NCBI GenBank assembly: GCA_046731915.1 | Contig: JBKPME010000070.1 | Span: forward strand, 13,560-77,559 | Reading direction: 5' to 3' | From: Actinomycetota bacterium | Lineage (GTDB): Bacteria > Actinomycetota > Thermoleophilia > Solirubrobacterales > Thermoleophilaceae | DNA: 64,000 nucleotides | Part shown: positions 1-7,908 of the stretch, piece by piece | Numbering within the stretch: the first letter of the stretch is position 1 | How the letters are laid out: every line of letters starts with the position of its first letter | The notes under the pieces: generated by a model | The model's database searches: none | Told to the model about the DNA's origin: nothing | The model's input: the letters and a program-made list of their open reading frames with translations, nothing else | Translations under genes and position numbers: made by a program

Positions 1-2
1 GG

Positions 3-293
3 GCCGACCTTGGCAAACTGACCCAGGCGCAGCGCGAGGCGGTGCTGAAGAACACGCCGCTCTGGTTCTACGTCCTGCGGGAGGCGGAGCTGAACGGCGG
101 GAAGCTGAGCGGCGTGGGGGCGCGGCTCGTGGCCGAGACGTTCCACCGCGCGATCGAGGGCAGCACGCATTCCATCGTCCGCGACACCAGCTTCAAGCCG
201 TCGCTGGGTCCCAACAACAACACCTTCCGGATGGTGGACCTGCTGCTGTTCGCCTTCGAGGGGAAGAAGTCGCTGCTGGCGCCGCTCGGCTAG
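3..293 (+). CDS. heme (animal-type) peroxidase family protein, C-terminal fragment; 5' end lies outside the window
   Basis: Frame is open from the window edge to TAG at 291-293. The tail ...TPLWFYVLREAELNGGKLSGVGARLVAETFHRAIEGS... resembles the conserved C-terminal helices of bacterial PF03098-type peroxidases (from memory). GC3-rich. Confidence 0.55.
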   Translation, partial: ADLGKLTQAQREAVLKNTPLWFYVLREAELNGGKLSGVGARLVAETFHRAIEGSTHSIVRDTSFKPSLGPNNNTFRMVDLLLFAFEGKKSLLAPLG

Positions 294-619
294 CGCGCGT
301 CGCCGCTGCCCTGCAGGACCCCGCGGTCCCTGCGGGACAGCAGCTTCCCCAGGTTCTCCTCGGCAACCTCGTCGAGGTCAAGTCCTGCCTCGGTGGCGAG
401 CTGTGACACGTACCAGAGTACGTCGCCGAGCTCGGCGGCGAGTGCCGCGCGGCGCTCGTCGCTCAGCACCCCGGCGTCGTCCCGGATCGCCTTCTTCACC
501 TTCTCGGCGCACTCGCCCGCCTCGCCGCAGAGGCCGAGCGCAGGATAGGTGAGGTTGTCGCCCGCATCGGGGTAGACGGCGGTGGCGCGTGAGCGATGCT
601 GGTAGTCGGAGAGCTGCAC
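290..619 (-). CDS. MazG-like nucleotide pyrophosphohydrolase
   Basis: LSDYQHRSRATAVYP...ALGLCGEAGECAEKVKKAIRDD...ELGDVLWYVSQLA is the typical MazG EXXE/helix pattern. GTG at 619 is preferred; the ATG at 670 would leave only 4 nt to the divergent STAS gene, so the start is uncertain. Confidence 0.7.
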   Translation of the reverse strand: MQLSDYQHRSRATAVYPDAGDNLTYPALGLCGEAGECAEKVKKAIRDDAGVLSDERRAALAAELGDVLWYVSQLATEAGLDLDEVAEENLGKLLSRRDRGVLQGSGDAR

Positions 620-674
620 ATTCCGACCGTAGCGGCTACGGAGGACAAACGAACGCGTAGACTGCACCACCGCC

Positions 675-1037
675 GTGATGACACCGCTTGCCGTGGAGCG
701 GTCGCGAAGCGATGGCTATCAGCTGCTCGCTGTCGAGGGCGAGATCGACATCGCGACCGCGCCGCGAATGATTGCTGCCCTCAACGAGGCGCTTGCCGAG
801 ATCGAGACCCCGCTGGTACTCGACCTCTCGAGCGTCGTCTTCATGGACTCGACCGGCCTGGCGCTGCTCATCAACGCACGCCGCCGCGTGGTCCGCCGCG
901 GGCAGGGCTTCGCGATCATCTGCCCGGTCGGCCCGATCGCGCGGGTGTTCGAGATCGCGGACATGGTCGAGAGCCTGCGCGTGTTCCCGGACGGGGAGAG
1001 CGCGCGCCTCGCGGCAACCGAAGCCGCGGAGGCTTGA
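675..1037 (+). CDS. STAS-domain anti-sigma-factor antagonist (SpoIIAA/RsbV-like)
   Basis: LLAVEGEIDIATAPRMIAALNEAL...LVLDLSSVVFMDSTGLALLINARRR is the classic STAS pattern, including the DSTG phosphorylatable-loop region. Confidence 0.8.
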   Translation: MMTPLAVERSRSDGYQLLAVEGEIDIATAPRMIAALNEALAEIETPLVLDLSSVVFMDSTGLALLINARRRVVRRGQGFAIICPVGPIARVFEIADMVESLRVFPDGESARLAATEAAEA

Positions 1038-1070
1038 CCTCACCCGGCCGCCTGCCGATACCAGTGGGGA

Positions 1071-2810
1071 ATGGAAGCTCAGGCTGCCTCAGCCAAGCCG
1101 TTCCCCGTGCCGGGACTCACCCCGCCCACGGAGCGGAGCGGGGTCACACGGCGTATCGGAGACGTGATCGTCCAGCTCGGCTTCGCCGAGCGCGACGTGG
1201 TGGAGCAGGTGGTCGACCGCGGCCGGCGCGAGGGCCGGCCGCTCGGCCAGGCGCTCACGGAGGCCGGGATAGTGAGCTCCGGCCAGCTGGCCCAGGCCCT
1301 CGCTGAGCGGAACGGGCTTGACTACGTCGACCTGAACAACTTCGATGTCGACAAGGGCGCCGCCGCGCTGATCGACGGCGAGAAGGCGCGCCGTTACCGG
1401 ACCGTCCCGATCGCCTTCCTCGCAGAGCGCACGCTGCTGGTGGCCACGGCCGATCCCGCCAACCTCCTCGCACTCGACGACATCACGATGGCCACCGGCT
1501 ACGACGTGCGCCGCGCGGTCGCCTCGCCGGAGCAGCTCGATGCGCTGGTGGAGCAGCTCAGCACGCTCGAGGCCTCTGTGCAGGAGATCGAGGACGACGT
1601 TTTCGAGGCCGAGGTCATCGAGCTGCGCGAGTCGGCCGACGACGCGCCGGTGGTGAAGCTCGTGCACGCGGTGATCGCCGACGCGGTCCGCCGCGGCGCC
1701 TCCGACATCCACTTCGAGCCGCGCGGGAGCGACATGCGCGTTCGGTTCCGCGTGGACGGGGTCGTATCCGACTCGACCACGGTCGCGCGCCACCTGATCG
1801 CCGGGCTGGTCTCGCGGATCAAGATCATGGCCGAGCTCGACATCGCGACGAAGCGCGTCCCGCAGGACGGGCGCATCGGGCTCTCCGTGGACGGCAACTA
1901 CGTGGACCTGCGCGTCGCAACGCTGCCGGTGGTGCGGGGCGAGGCTGTGGCCATGCGCATCCTCGACTCGCGTCAGATCGTGATGGATCTCGACGGACTC
2001 GGCATGGAGGACGACGACCGGCGCCGCTTCGAGACGGCCATCCGAACCAGCCACGGCGCGATTCTGGTGACCGGCCCGACCGGCTCCGGAAAGACGACCA
2101 CCCTCTACGCCGCCCTCAGCGAGCTGAACACGCCTGACCGCACGGTGGTGACCGTCGAGGATCCGGTCGAGTACGAGCTCGACGGCATCAAGCAGGTGCA
2201 GGTGAACTCGAAGACCGGTCTGACCTTCCCGACCGGGCTGCGCGCGCTGCTGCGAGCCGATCCCGATGTCGTGATGGTCGGCGAGGTCCGCGACCGCGAG
2301 ACGGCGCAGATCGCAATCGAGTCGGCGCTCACCGGGCACCTCGTGCTCTCCACTCTGCACGCCAATGACGCTCCTCTGGCCGCCGCGCGGCTGATCGAGA
2401 TGGGCATCGAACCCTTCCTCGTCACCTCGAGCGTGGGATGCGTGGTCGCCCAGCGCCTGGTGCGGAACCTGTGCGAATGCAAGCAGCCGGTGAAGCTAAC
2501 GAAGGCCACGCTCGCCGAGAACGGCTTCGAGCATCCGCGCGCGATGAACGCGTTCGAGCCCGGCGGCTGCGTGCAGTGCGCCCAGACGGGCTACAAGGGG
2601 CGCACGGGCCTCTACGAGGTCATGGCGATGAGCGACGAGGTTAAGCGCCTGATCCTGGACGGCGGGCGCCATGACGAGCTGGTCGCAGCGGCTCGCGCGC
2701 AGGGCATGCGCACCCTCCACGAGGCCGGGCTCGCGAAGATCGCGCAGGGGATCACCTCGGTCGCCGAGGTTCTGCGCGTGCTCGGCAGCTCGACCGCGCA
2801 GACACGCTAG
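1071..2810 (+). CDS. GspE/PilB-family secretion or type IV pilus assembly ATPase with N-terminal MshEN-like domain
   Basis: Walker A GPTGSGKTTT, Asp box, Walker B DPDVVMVGEVRD, His box and a tetracysteine cluster (CECK...CVQC). The N-terminus carries two 24-residue RLGxxLLxxGLL-like repeats (RIGDVIVQLGFAERDVVEQVVDRG, PLGQALTEAGIVSSGQLAQALAER) separated by 5 residues. Confidence 0.9.
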   Translation: MEAQAASAKPFPVPGLTPPTERSGVTRRIGDVIVQLGFAERDVVEQVVDRGRREGRPLGQALTEAGIVSSGQLAQALAERNGLDYVDLNNFDVDKGAAALIDGEKARRYRTVPIAFLAERTLLVATADPANLLALDDITMATGYDVRRAVASPEQLDALVEQLSTLEASVQEIEDDVFEAEVIELRESADDAPVVKLVHAVIADAVRRGASDIHFEPRGSDMRVRFRVDGVVSDSTTVARHLIAGLVSRIKIMAELDIATKRVPQDGRIGLSVDGNYVDLRVATLPVVRGEAVAMRILDSRQIVMDLDGLGMEDDDRRRFETAIRTSHGAILVTGPTGSGKTTTLYAALSELNTPDRTVVTVEDPVEYELDGIKQVQVNSKTGLTFPTGLRALLRADPDVVMVGEVRDRETAQIAIESALTGHLVLSTLHANDAPLAAARLIEMGIEPFLVTSSVGCVVAQRLVRNLCECKQPVKLTKATLAENGFEHPRAMNAFEPGGCVQCAQTGYKGRTGLYEVMAMSDEVKRLILDGGRHDELVAAARAQGMRTLHEAGLAKIAQGITSVAEVLRVLGSSTAQTR

Positions 2811-3529
2811 ACGCCCGCGGCGCGGCGTGCGGACGCGTGCGCCGCGTCCTCGAGGGCGTCGTCCGGGAGCGGCTCGAGCGGGGTGCCGAGCGCCAGCTCG
2901 ATGAGGCGGTCGGCCAGCCAGATGTTCTTCGGCAGCAGCGGGCCGTGCAGGTAGGTCCCGATGACGTTGCGCGAGTGCACACCCTCGAAGCCGTCGCGGC
3001 CGTTGTTGCCGTGGCCGCTGATGACCCGTCCGAGCGGCGTCTCGGCGGCGCCCAGGTACGTGCGGCCGCCGTGATTCTCGAAGCCCGCGATCACGCGCGG
3101 CCCGGTGCCGAGGTCCGCCTCGATGGCGCAGTTGCCGATCAGTCGCGGGCCCGGCTCGCGGATCGTGCGGAGGTCGACCAGGCCGACCCCCGGCAGCTCC
3201 TCGCCGCCAAGCTCGTACGAGTGGCCGAGCAGCTGGTAGCCGCCGCAGACGGCCAGCACGACAGCGCCGCGTCCGGCGGCCTGGTGAAGCGTCTCGCGCT
3301 TGGTGCGTTCCATGTCACGGGCGACCGCGACCTGGTCACGGTCCTGACCGCCGCCCATATAGAAGAGATCGTGGGCCTCGGGGTCGAAGGAGTCGCCCAG
3401 GCTCGAGGCCGCGTGCTCGAAGCCCAGGCCGCGCCACTCGCAGCGGGCGCGGAGCACGGCGATGTTCCCGCGGTCGGCATAGATGTTCATGAGCTCGGGG
3501 TAGAGCGACAGAACCCTCAGCGCCGGCAT
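2807..3529 (-). CDS. gatD: lipid II isoglutaminyl synthase, glutaminase subunit GatD (CobQ-type class I amidotransferase)
   Basis: MPALRVLSLYPELMNIYADRGN..., nucleophile elbow AVCGGYQLLG, and C-terminal YLHGPLLPKN. It is the last gene of the murT operon and its start overlaps the methyltransferase stop by 13 nt. Confidence 0.85.
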   Translation of the reverse strand: MPALRVLSLYPELMNIYADRGNIAVLRARCEWRGLGFEHAASSLGDSFDPEAHDLFYMGGGQDRDQVAVARDMERTKRETLHQAAGRGAVVLAVCGGYQLLGHSYELGGEELPGVGLVDLRTIREPGPRLIGNCAIEADLGTGPRVIAGFENHGGRTYLGAAETPLGRVISGHGNNGRDGFEGVHSRNVIGTYLHGPLLPKNIWLADRLIELALGTPLEPLPDDALEDAAHASARRAAGV

Positions 3530-4230
3530 ATGACCACCGTGCTGCCGAAGTGATCGAGGCTCTCCGGGATGTCTCGGCGCCCGATCGGTTCGAGGCCTGC
3601 CGAGCGCGCCTCGGCCTCGAACCTGCCGGGGCTGACGTAGTCGAACGCAACCTGCGCGATCGTCTCCTCGATGTCCCCGCTCGGCGACACGGCCTGGCGC
3701 CGGCGCTCGACCACCAGGCCGTCGTCGTCCGCCGCCAGGGAAACGGGCTGGCTGGAGAACACCCAGCCGTCGCGTTCGAGAATGTCGGGGAGCGGGGGAG
3801 AGGACGTCTCGTCCAGGATGACCTCTCTCAGGTCAGTGAGCGCGGCGGCGAACGTCCCCCCCTCCTCTAAATGCGCGTGCACGCGCTGGAGCATGGCAAC
3901 ACGACCGTCCGGGCCGCCGACTATCTGGGCTAGCTGCATGGGGGCGATCACGAGCGCGAAGGTGCGCTCGAGCTCAAATGAGCGAGCGTCGGCCCGCACG
4001 GCCTCGACGGCGGGCGACCGTTCCGCGAGCACCGCAAGCAGCTCGGCATCGAGGTCCAGCGCCACCAGCTCGTGTCCGCGCGCGGCCAGGTCGGCGGCCA
4101 CGCGGCCTGTGCCGGCTCCGAGGTCGAGCACCGGGCCGTTCGCAGTGTCCGCTAACTGGCGCCAGAGGAAGAGGTCGGCGTCGTAGGAGCCGTTCTCCAC
4201 CTCGTGCCAGGCGACCGAGGTGCTCATCAT
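3517..4230 (-). CDS. class I SAM-dependent methyltransferase
   Basis: Motif I VLDLGAGTGRVAADLAARGHELVALDLD, with post-I and motif II patterns following. ATGA overlap with the murT stop at 4227-4230. Confidence 0.8.
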   Translation of the reverse strand: MMSTSVAWHEVENGSYDADLFLWRQLADTANGPVLDLGAGTGRVAADLAARGHELVALDLDAELLAVLAERSPAVEAVRADARSFELERTFALVIAPMQLAQIVGGPDGRVAMLQRVHAHLEEGGTFAAALTDLREVILDETSSPPLPDILERDGWVFSSQPVSLAADDDGLVVERRRQAVSPSGDIEETIAQVAFDYVSPGRFEAEARSAGLEPIGRRDIPESLDHFGSTVVICRR

Positions 4231-5582
4231 TCAGACCACCGCTTGGCGAGGCCGCGCTCGGCGAGCAGGTCGCGCAGCTCCAGCAGCGCCGTGTAGGTGG
4301 GGAGAGCGTAGATCCGCTCGCCCTCGGCGTTTGCCACGGCGGCGTCGAGGGAGTCACCGAGCTCGCGGTCCACGGCGAGCTCGCCGTCGATTCCGGCGTA
4401 CTTCAGGCGGAGCGCCATCTCCTCGGCACGGGTGCCGCTGCAGGTCACGCGCCGGACCCGGCCGGCCAACACCTCGAAGTCGGCGTCCCAGATCCAGGAG
4501 ATGTCACGGCCGTCGGCGATACCGTCGTTAAGGGCCACCCACAGGTCGAGCTTGCCGTCCTCGAGCGTCAGTGTGCGAAGCACCTCGTTCGCGCCGGCGG
4601 GGTTCTTGATCAAGAGGATCGAGACACGGCGGCCATCGACCGGGATCGTCTCCACGCGGCCAAACGCGCCCCCGAAGCCCTCGAGCGCGGCGCCGACGGT
4701 GGCGAGCGGGACGCCGAGCTCCAGCGCTGTCGCGGTGGCGGCCACGGCGTTGTAGACGTTGTAGAGGCCGGGGAGCGGGAGCCTGAGCGCCAGCTCCCCG
4801 TGGGGCGTGCGCAGCTCCACCTGCGAGCCCTCCATGCCGTCGAGCGTGACCCTCGTGGCGGCCACCTGCGGGTCGGGACGCCTGCGGCCGCAGTTCGGGC
4901 AGCGGTAGCGGCCCATGTGGCCGAGATAGACGGCGTCGTACTCGTAGGCATGGCCGCACTTGCGACAGTGCTTCGAGTCGGCGGCGTGCTGCATTCCCGG
5001 CAGCGCCTGTGAGTCGTCCTCGACTCCGAAGTAGGTCACCCCGCTCCGCTCGCGGCCGAGGTCCGCGACGAGTGGGTCGTCCGCGTTCAGCACGAACCGC
5101 GCGCGGCCGTCGAGCTCGGCGGTGAGCTCGGCCCAGCGGTCCGCCAGCAGCTCGAGCTCGCCGTAGCGGTCGAGCTGATCACGGAACAGGTTCGAGAGCA
5201 GCAGCATGCGCGGGGCGGTGTCGCGAGCCACTGAGGGGAGCCACGCCTCGTCCACCTCGAACAGTCCCAGCTGGCCGCGCTCGCGGCCCGCGTCGAGCAG
5301 CGCGGTGGCGACGCCCCAGGCCATGTTCGACCCCGCGCGGTTGTGCACGACGGGGCGCCCCGAGCGCTCCAGGGCGGCGGCGATCATTGCGGCCGTGGTG
5401 GTCTTGCCGTTGGTGGCGGACACGAGCACCGAGCCGGCGGCGAGCTCACGCGACATCCGCGCGAGCGCGCCGGGCGACACGCGCAGCAGCATTCTGCCAG
5501 GCGCGGTCGTGCCGCCGGTCCGTCCGACGCGGCGGCTCGCGGCCCGGGCGACTCGGGCGAGGGCGCGTGCGAGCTGGAACAT
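4227..5582 (-). CDS. murT: lipid II isoglutaminyl synthase, Mur-ligase-like subunit MurT
   Basis: Internal start MFQLARAL... was chosen; the upstream part of the 575-aa ORF is Arg/Pro-rich junk that overlaps the kinase gene. P-loop SATNGKTTT, MurT-specific Cys ribbon CRKCGHAYEYDAVYLGHMGRYRCPNCG, and C-terminal DUF1727-like region. TGATG junction with the upstream gene. Confidence 0.85.
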   Translation of the reverse strand: MFQLARALARVARAASRRVGRTGGTTAPGRMLLRVSPGALARMSRELAAGSVLVSATNGKTTTAAMIAAALERSGRPVVHNRAGSNMAWGVATALLDAGRERGQLGLFEVDEAWLPSVARDTAPRMLLLSNLFRDQLDRYGELELLADRWAELTAELDGRARFVLNADDPLVADLGRERSGVTYFGVEDDSQALPGMQHAADSKHCRKCGHAYEYDAVYLGHMGRYRCPNCGRRRPDPQVAATRVTLDGMEGSQVELRTPHGELALRLPLPGLYNVYNAVAATATALELGVPLATVGAALEGFGGAFGRVETIPVDGRRVSILLIKNPAGANEVLRTLTLEDGKLDLWVALNDGIADGRDISWIWDADFEVLAGRVRRVTCSGTRAEEMALRLKYAGIDGELAVDRELGDSLDAAVANAEGERIYALPTYTALLELRDLLAERGLAKRWSE

Positions 5583-6457
5583 CAGTGCGGGGCCACGACC
5601 CGCAGGGAGCGGCGCTCGACGCGCATGACGGCGGGGGTCGCGCCGATCGGGTCGCCGTCGGCATAGATCACGAACGGGCGGCTCGAGCTCACCTCGATTT
5701 CCTCGCCGCGAAGGAACTCGGTGTAGGGCAGGTGCATGTGGGTCCCCCTGTAGACCTTGGGAAGGTCGCGCAGGAAGCGAAGCCGGCCGACCTGCTTGCA
5801 GACGATGACGTCCAGCTTGCCGTCGTCGAGCTCGGCCATCGGCAGGATGAGCATGCCGCCCCCGTACGCCTTCGAGTTGCCCACCGCGACGGTGTACCCC
5901 GTGTAGTCGTGGCGCGCGCCGTCGACCGCGACGGTGAAGCTCGCCGGCTTCCATGAGGCGAGGGCACGGATGGCGGCGTAGACGTACACCGCGTTCCCTT
6001 TGACGCGCTTCGCCTCGTTTGCGATTCGGTTGGCGTCTGAGTCGAAGCCGAAGCTCGCTATCCCCATGTAGGGCGTCCCCTCGACGTTCGCGACGTCGAG
6101 CAGGCGCTCCTGGCCCTCGACGGCGACCCGGGCAGCCTCATCGGGCTCGTCGGGAATGCCGAGCACGCGGGCGAGGTCGTTGCCGCGGCCACAGGGGACG
6201 ATCGCGAGCGCGCTCTCGCTGCCCTTGAGAGCGCCTGCGAGCGGCCGAAGCAGCCCATCGCCGCCGAGAGCGACCACGGTCTCGGTGGCAGCCGCCGCCT
6301 TGGTTGCCTCCTGGTAGGCGTGGTCGATGCTGCGGGTGGTGACCGTGCGGTGCTGCGCGCCCAGCGCGTCAAGCGTCGCGTGGACCCTCGGGAGTGCTTC
6401 GAGTGCGCGCCCGCCCGCCGCAGCCGGGTTCACGAGGAGCGCGAACCGGCGGCTCAC
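5582..6457 (-). CDS. diacylglycerol kinase family lipid kinase (DagK/YegS/LCB5-like)
   Basis: GTG start VSRRFALLVNPAAAGG, GGDGLL nucleotide loop, PCGRGNDLAR, and C-terminal YADGDPIG. GTGA overlap with the upstream amidotransferase stop. Confidence 0.8.
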   Translation of the reverse strand: MSRRFALLVNPAAAGGRALEALPRVHATLDALGAQHRTVTTRSIDHAYQEATKAAAATETVVALGGDGLLRPLAGALKGSESALAIVPCGRGNDLARVLGIPDEPDEAARVAVEGQERLLDVANVEGTPYMGIASFGFDSDANRIANEAKRVKGNAVYVYAAIRALASWKPASFTVAVDGARHDYTGYTVAVGNSKAYGGGMLILPMAELDDGKLDVIVCKQVGRLRFLRDLPKVYRGTHMHLPYTEFLRGEEIEVSSSRPFVIYADGDPIGATPAVMRVERRSLRVVAPH

Positions 6458-7269
6458 CCGGCAGCCGCGGCGGCCTTCGCGCGCTCCGCCGCGACCTTGC
6501 CGCGCTCGGTCCCCCGCAGATGTGGAGTGAGGTCCACCTTCTGGACCCGGGCTCGCTCCAAGAGGTCGTCGCCGAGCAGGCGCTCCGCGTGAGGCTCCTC
6601 GAGGTCGTTGGGGTCGAGCGTGAGAAGCACGTCCTGCTGCACGCTGTGCCAGCCCGGCTCGTCGGTAACCCGCTCTGACGCCACCAGGAGCTGCCCCGGC
6701 CTCGCCAGCCAGTGGAGTTCGAACAGGCCGAGGCGGTAGGCGAACAGCTTCTCGCCGTCGCTGAAGAGGACGTTGAGGCCGCTGAAGGCGGAGCACTCGA
6801 CTGCGCGCTTCATCGTCTCGCGCAGGCAAGCCACGGGCTCGCCGTCGTCGAAATCGTGCATCAGGAGGTTGAAGAGATGCTCAGAGTCGGTGTCGCCCTC
6901 GGGCTGTCGCATGCCGGGCTCGAGGAGCCGTGGGTAGCGGAGGATCGTCCCGTTGTGCCCGAGCGTGTAGCTCCCAAGGCAGAAGGGGTGCGTGTTCTCA
7001 GGCGAGAGCTGACCCATGGTCGCACGCCGCACGTGCACGTTGAAGATGCGGCCGCGGAGGTTTGTGGCGTTCAGGAACTCGTTGTCGGCGTGGGCCGCCT
7101 CGGGGAAGCGGACAAGGCGCGGCTCCGCCCCGTCGGCTCGCTCGTAGACGGCCATGCCCCAGCCGGAGTCGTGGTCCTCCGACTGGCGGATCAGGGGGTT
7201 GTCCGCCTCCACTAGCTCGTGCCGGATCGAAACCGGCTCCGAAGCGACGCAGCCGAACACGCGGCACAT
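6454..7269 (-). CDS. class II (Ntn-type) glutamine amidotransferase, stand-alone YafJ/EgtC-like
   Basis: Begins MCRVFG (catalytic Cys2 after Met removal), followed by NTHPF and GHNG motifs. First gene of the coupled five-gene string. Confidence 0.8.
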   Translation of the reverse strand: MCRVFGCVASEPVSIRHELVEADNPLIRQSEDHDSGWGMAVYERADGAEPRLVRFPEAAHADNEFLNATNLRGRIFNVHVRRATMGQLSPENTHPFCLGSYTLGHNGTILRYPRLLEPGMRQPEGDTDSEHLFNLLMHDFDDGEPVACLRETMKRAVECSAFSGLNVLFSDGEKLFAYRLGLFELHWLARPGQLLVASERVTDEPGWHSVQQDVLLTLDPNDLEEPHAERLLGDDLLERARVQKVDLTPHLRGTERGKVAAERAKAAAAAG

Positions 7270-7322
7270 ACCCGCCGCATGCTACTGGGGGCGAATCAAC
7301 GCCGCTGCGCACTTCTGCTCGC

Positions 7323-7847
7323 ATGAGCGTGAGAGAGCAGGAGCCGAAACGGATCTGGTGGGCACGGCCGGGCAAGCTGTGCGGGCTCGAACGGCCGGGA
7401 GGAGGGGGGAGGAGCCACCGCCCCGAGCGCCGTGCGGGAGAGATCGCCTACCTCAAGGCGCAGGGTGTGCGCCTGTGCATCTCCACGATGAGCTCACGCC
7501 ACAACCTGGGCGCGTACGAGGCCGCGGGCCTGCCCTGGCACCACGTGCCCGTGGAGTCGGCGGAGCGTGGGGCTGAGGCGCTCGAGGAGCTGCTCCCGCT
7601 GCTGAAGCGCGAGCTGCGCCGGCGCGGAGCGGTGGCGGTGCACGGCGATCGGCACACCGACTTCGTGGCTGCGGTGTGCGCGGCGCATCTGCACGACGTG
7701 CGCGGGGTGGAGCTCGCGGAGGCGCTGGCGCAGGCGGCGGGAGCGGGGCTGATGGTGAACGGCGACGCGTGCGCGCTCTTGGGCGTGGAACTGGGGGAGG
7801 TGGAGGCGGTGGTGCGTGGCACCGCCCCGGACGAACGACGGCATTGA
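7323..7847 (+). CDS. hypothetical protein with a possible dual-specificity-phosphatase-like fold that lacks the Cys-X5-Arg signature
   Basis: ATG at 7323 (MSVREQEPKRIWWARPGKL). IAYLKAQGVRLCIST...GLPWHHVPV...AVAVHGDRHTDFVAAV resembles a DSP core, but Gly replaces the catalytic Cys and there is no Arg at +6. This is a weak by-eye call. Confidence 0.4.
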   Translation: MSVREQEPKRIWWARPGKLCGLERPGGGGRSHRPERRAGEIAYLKAQGVRLCISTMSSRHNLGAYEAAGLPWHHVPVESAERGAEALEELLPLLKRELRRRGAVAVHGDRHTDFVAAVCAAHLHDVRGVELAEALAQAAGAGLMVNGDACALLGVELGEVEAVVRGTAPDERRH

Positions 7848-7908
7848 GGGGCCACGCGTCCTACTTAGGGCCGCAATACGCGGCCTAGGGCAGGACGCTT
7901 ACCGAATT

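Noticed and set aside
1089-2360. Long antisense ORFs opposite pilB (1089-2360), amt (17967-19094), proS (44317-45516), the GGDEF gene (46212-47606), pyrH/tsf (55558-57153 upstream part) and the FAD oxidase (39992-40881).
   Set aside because: All lie opposite genes with strong motif support. They show the inverse codon-position GC pattern and Arg/Pro/Gly-rich translations, so I treated them as GC-driven shadow ORFs.
4227-6829. N-terminal extensions of the murT (to 5954) and lipid kinase (to 6829) ORFs, and similar extensions of the frr, pyrH, fadD, FAD oxidase, SRPBCC and SepF ORFs.
   Set aside because: The extensions overlap the upstream gene in another frame and are low-complexity. Internal ATG/GTG codons give canonical N-termini and ATGA/GTGA/TGATG junctions with the upstream stop.
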